Positions 60,561 through 64,000 of a stretch of 64,000 nt of DNA are shown piece after piece (position 1 is the first letter of the stretch; each line of letters opens with the position of its first letter). The stretch covers positions 38,502,001 to 38,566,000 of the forward strand of contig NC_090339.1 of assembly GCF_035084215.1 (NCBI RefSeq), given 5' to 3'. Made by a program: the position numbers and the translations under genes. The notes under the pieces are model-generated. The model was not told the origin of the DNA. It did not search any database and saw only the letters and a program-made list of their open reading frames with translations. The stretch comes from Heptranchias perlo. Its lineage: Eukaryota.

Positions 60561-62695
60561 ACCTGACCTGGGACTGCTCAATGCTGACACTGGGGGCTGA
60601 TTTTCATCCCATTAGCCAGATGCAAGCATGGTGAAAATCATGGCGGAGCATTTCCCGCTGCTGCTTCAGCCACCCACCATTTTGGTGGGGCCTTGAGGTG
60701 GGCAGCTCGGGCGCCCACCATGAGCACACGGGAGCCTCTTGCAGAATACAAATCGGGGTCCTATGAGATAAATGAGCACCCGATGCCATTTATGGGTGAA
60801 ATAGCAAGAGGAACACCCAGTGCTGAATCGGCCCAGTAGCACTGGTGGTACAGCCTTGTAATGGCCATTTCCAGCACCTTTTAAAGGGGCACTCAGCTGC
60901 AAGTAGTCATATCATTGGAATCTTCATATAGTGTGCATGCTGAAAAAGAGCAGCAAAAGGGGGAGGTGGCTGCGTGCAAGAAAGTTCCTCCAGTGTGGTG
61001 CGAATGCAGTTTGCAGAACATGAAATGCATTCCATTTGTAACTGGATAGCAGCAGAGTGTTGTTTGTGCTAGTTCTGAGGGCAGTAACAGGTGTTGACTG
61101 TGTAATTGTAAGCAGGAGCTGTAGTGCAGTGTCACGTTGTGATTGGAAGAGAAGCACGTGCCGTGGGGGAAGGGATTAGGAGTGCTGAGAGGAAAGTTCT
61201 GTGTTGCAAGGCTTCATTCATACAAAAAGATTATCTGTTCAACTCTCCCGGTCAAATCGTTGAACCTCTTCCTCCACCCCATTCAGGTCCTGGGTGTAAC
61301 ATGCTCCGCAACCTCTCTCTATGCCTGCTGACTAGTTTGCCTGGCCATCCGTCTGCTATCAAAAGGAAAGCGGGCCTCCTTCCTGACCCTTACTTGCTCC
61401 AGTGGCACATGCACAGCGACATATCAAAAATAGGGAGCCCTGGAAGTTGACATTCTTCTCAGCAGTGTTTAAAAACTGCGCCTACCACAAATCACAATTG
61501 AAAAGGTACTTCCCCTTTAATAGATGCAAGCTCACTAAGTACACGTCAGGCCTACCACATTTACCGGCGTGGAGAGCAGTTCATTCGCGCTACAAATACA
61601 CGGGCAGCTCGCCAATAGAATGTAAATGAGGTCCGACCACCAAAATGGTTCATGCCTCTCGCTTACCCCATGGGACGGGCATCTCGATTATTCATGGCTG
61701 TGCCAGCTCTTTGCTAGAGCAATTCAAAACTAATCCCACTGCCTCGCTCTGTGCTAATGGATAGAGCCATAAAAGTTTACTCAGTTGAAGTACCAAGTGT
61801 TTTGGGGAGTGGATGTGCCGCGGGGCCATCTAGTGACACATATTGAGAACTTTTGCTTTCAAATCCAATCCGGCTACATTCACTTATGGCAGTCTGAGTA
61901 ACTGAAAAGATCATTTTAAACCACCAAACAGAAGAGATGAATAAAGTATTAAGATAATGCAGAAAAGAGGATAAATGGGAAGGAAAGGAGGTTATGAGCA
62001 GTCAGATATCCACAAAGAGAGGATCTTTATATAGCTCCATTGCTCAGATACTAGTCATTAGATCTGTTCTCCGCCGCCACCCCCCCCCCTCCCCCCAAGA
62101 AAAGGTCCCTAGCCATATGCGGATATGTAAGTTGTGAAATGTCTTTAATCTTTCCACAACAACCCCTCAGCAACCACAGTAAACACAACTAGTAGAAAGC
62201 CAACAAAAAGTCCCTCCAACCAATGAAATATAAGAGCTTGAAGCTCATCCAACAGCTTGTTAAATATAGCAGCCAGAAAGGCTTCATTCAATCCTTGGTT
62301 TGTGTTGCAGTAGCTGGTTTTGGCCACAATGCCCCTTGGGGTAGTAATGGTCACTAGCATTGGCCACACTGCTCCTTGGATGGAGAGTAATTGGCCTGGG
62401 TTCCTGTTCTTGATTGCGCTCCAGTAATCCATGATGGAAAGTGCACATGTGGACATTAACTGAGCACAGATTGTAAGGCCTTTTATGGATGATCAGCCCA
62501 CTGACATTCTCTGTTTTGGTTTGAGCATGAAGAATTATCTTTAGAGGACTGGCAGCACCTGTGGAAACAGTCAACTTTAAGAGAAGGGAGAAAATTTGAA
62601 AAAAGTTTTCAAATATGACTTTCTGTCCTTTACTTGCAGTATAAGTTAAAAATATGTTGGGTTCGATATTTGTGCCATGGATGAACGTAGCAAAT

Positions 62696-63272
62696 TATGT
62701 TAAACTTGTACAGAACCCTGGTTAGACCACACTTGGAGCACTGTGCACAGTTCTGGTCTCCATATTATAAAAAGGATATAGGGGCATTGGAAAAGGTGCA
62801 AAAAAGAATCACAAGTATATCCTCTCAGTTCTGGTATCATCTTTATCAGGAAAGATTGAACAGGCTGGGGCTCTTTTCTCTAGAAAAGAGACAGCTGAGG
62901 GGTGACCTGATGGAGGTTTTAAGATAATGGAAGGGTTTGATAGGATAGATGTAGAAAAAATGTTTCCATTATGTGGGAGTCTAAAACTAGAGGTCATAAA
63001 TATAAGATATAATAAATCAAATAAGGAATTCAGTAGAAACTTCTTTACCCAGAGAGTGGTAAGAATGTGGAACGCACTACCACAAAGAGTAGTTGAGGCA
63101 AATAACATAGATGCATTTAAGGGGAAGCTAGATAAGCACGAGGTAGAAAAGTATGGAAGGCTCTGCTGACAGGGTTAGATGAAGAGGGTTGGGAGGAGGC
63201 TCGTGTGGAGTATAAAATCCAGCATAGATAAGTTGGGCCGAAAGGCCTGTTTCTGTGCTGTAGACTTGATGT
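62696..63272 (+). mobile_element. Degenerate CR1 3' fragment
   Basis: LYRTLVRPHLEHCAQFWSP, RNFFTQRVVRMWNALP. Confidence 0.88.
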
Positions 63273-63769
63273 AGCATCCAATCATGTAATTCATCTGGGT
63301 CTACTCACTAAATAAATACCATAGCCACAAGTGCCCCATGCTGATGCTCCGCTTAATTGGACTCAACTTCAGTGGCTAATGGCCCTGAAAAGTAACCCAG
63401 GTCCAGGTATGGTAGGGGGTATAGTAGAGGATAACAATGGCTAAGCTATTTTTAAAATATTTATTCTACAGCAAAGCTATGGAGAAAATGTTGTTTGAGC
63501 AATTTAACTGGCAAATTATGCTTCAAGGCACTGAGTTAGTTGTCAATCCTGATTGTGAAGCAGTACATCCCACTAAAAGCTGGAAGCGAAATAGGATCAA
63601 TGAGGAGCCTAAAAAGAAACAATTAATAAGAACAGCATTGCTTATTTCAATCAAACACCCTGCCCTACTAATCCACTGGAAGTGGTACAATGGATTAGTA
63701 GACACCATCTCACAAACCAGAATTCAAACTCAGTGGAGACTATGGGATGAAAGGGCTTCATGTGAAATG

Positions 63770-63945
63770 GAAAACAGAAAATGTTGGAAATTTATAGATC
63801 TGTCAGCATCTATAAAAAAAGTGAAAAAAGTTCATGCTTTGCCACAACTTCATCAAACTGTATTTTCCCTTTACAGGTGCACTGGTTTACTGTAGATTTC
63901 CAGCATTTTCTGTTTATATTTCAGATTCCAGTAGTTGCAGTTTTT
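63770..63945. repeat. Inverted-repeat element, probably a Penelope-derived relic
   Basis: aaacagaaaatgttggaaat (~63772) is inverted to atttccagcattttctgttt (~63896). Confidence 0.55.
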
Positions 63946-64000
63946 TTTCTTATTTCTCATGTAACATGACATTTATGCCCTGAGATTGGTTTCTTTTCTT

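Noticed and set aside
60593-61690. Fourth Harbinger-related element
   Set aside because: A TIR-like left end (gggctgattttc) and GC-rich interior are present, but I could not find a matching right end or convincing coding motifs.
62145-62574. Possible last exon of an upstream gene such as MID2
   Set aside because: An acceptor-like site exists, but no frame resembles a SPRY domain or any protein I recognise.
63437-63895. 152-aa plus-strand ORF
   Set aside because: No recognisable motif, and it runs into a repeat relic.

Overview
Vertebrate genomic DNA, almost certainly from a cartilaginous fish (inferred from the CR1, Penelope, Harbinger and SINE families present). It contains one complete host gene on the minus strand: a 7-exon vsig1 (CTX-family V+C2 Ig membrane protein, 357 aa, CDS exons 42362-42314, 33475-33312, 15967-15769, 10945-10790, 10628-10509, 4666-4516, 3770-3536). 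All splice sites are GT-AG and the phases join into one open frame. The rest is mostly mobile DNA: about 12 CR1 LINE copies (one young copy with an intact APE+RT ORF2), three fragments of a second LINE family with a partner SINE, two near-complete PIF/Harbinger transposons plus an older remnant and a non-autonomous derivative, Penelope-like fragments carrying minimal hammerhead ribozymes, and several SINE families. The best candidate for an under-described mechanism is the CR1 ORF1/ORF2 junction. ORF2 has no in-frame ATG ahead of its first endonuclease motif, and the short ORF1/ORF2 overlap holds a correctly phased -1 slippery site (G_GGU_UUA_AAC) that recurs in a second, divergent CR1. This suggests Gag-Pol-like programmed -1 frameshifting in a non-LTR retrotransposon. 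Other notable points are a CR1 with a doubled 3' end, covarying hammerhead ribozymes and two exact locally templated insertions. Coordinates of old repeats are approximate, and family names come from recalled consensus features, not database searches.
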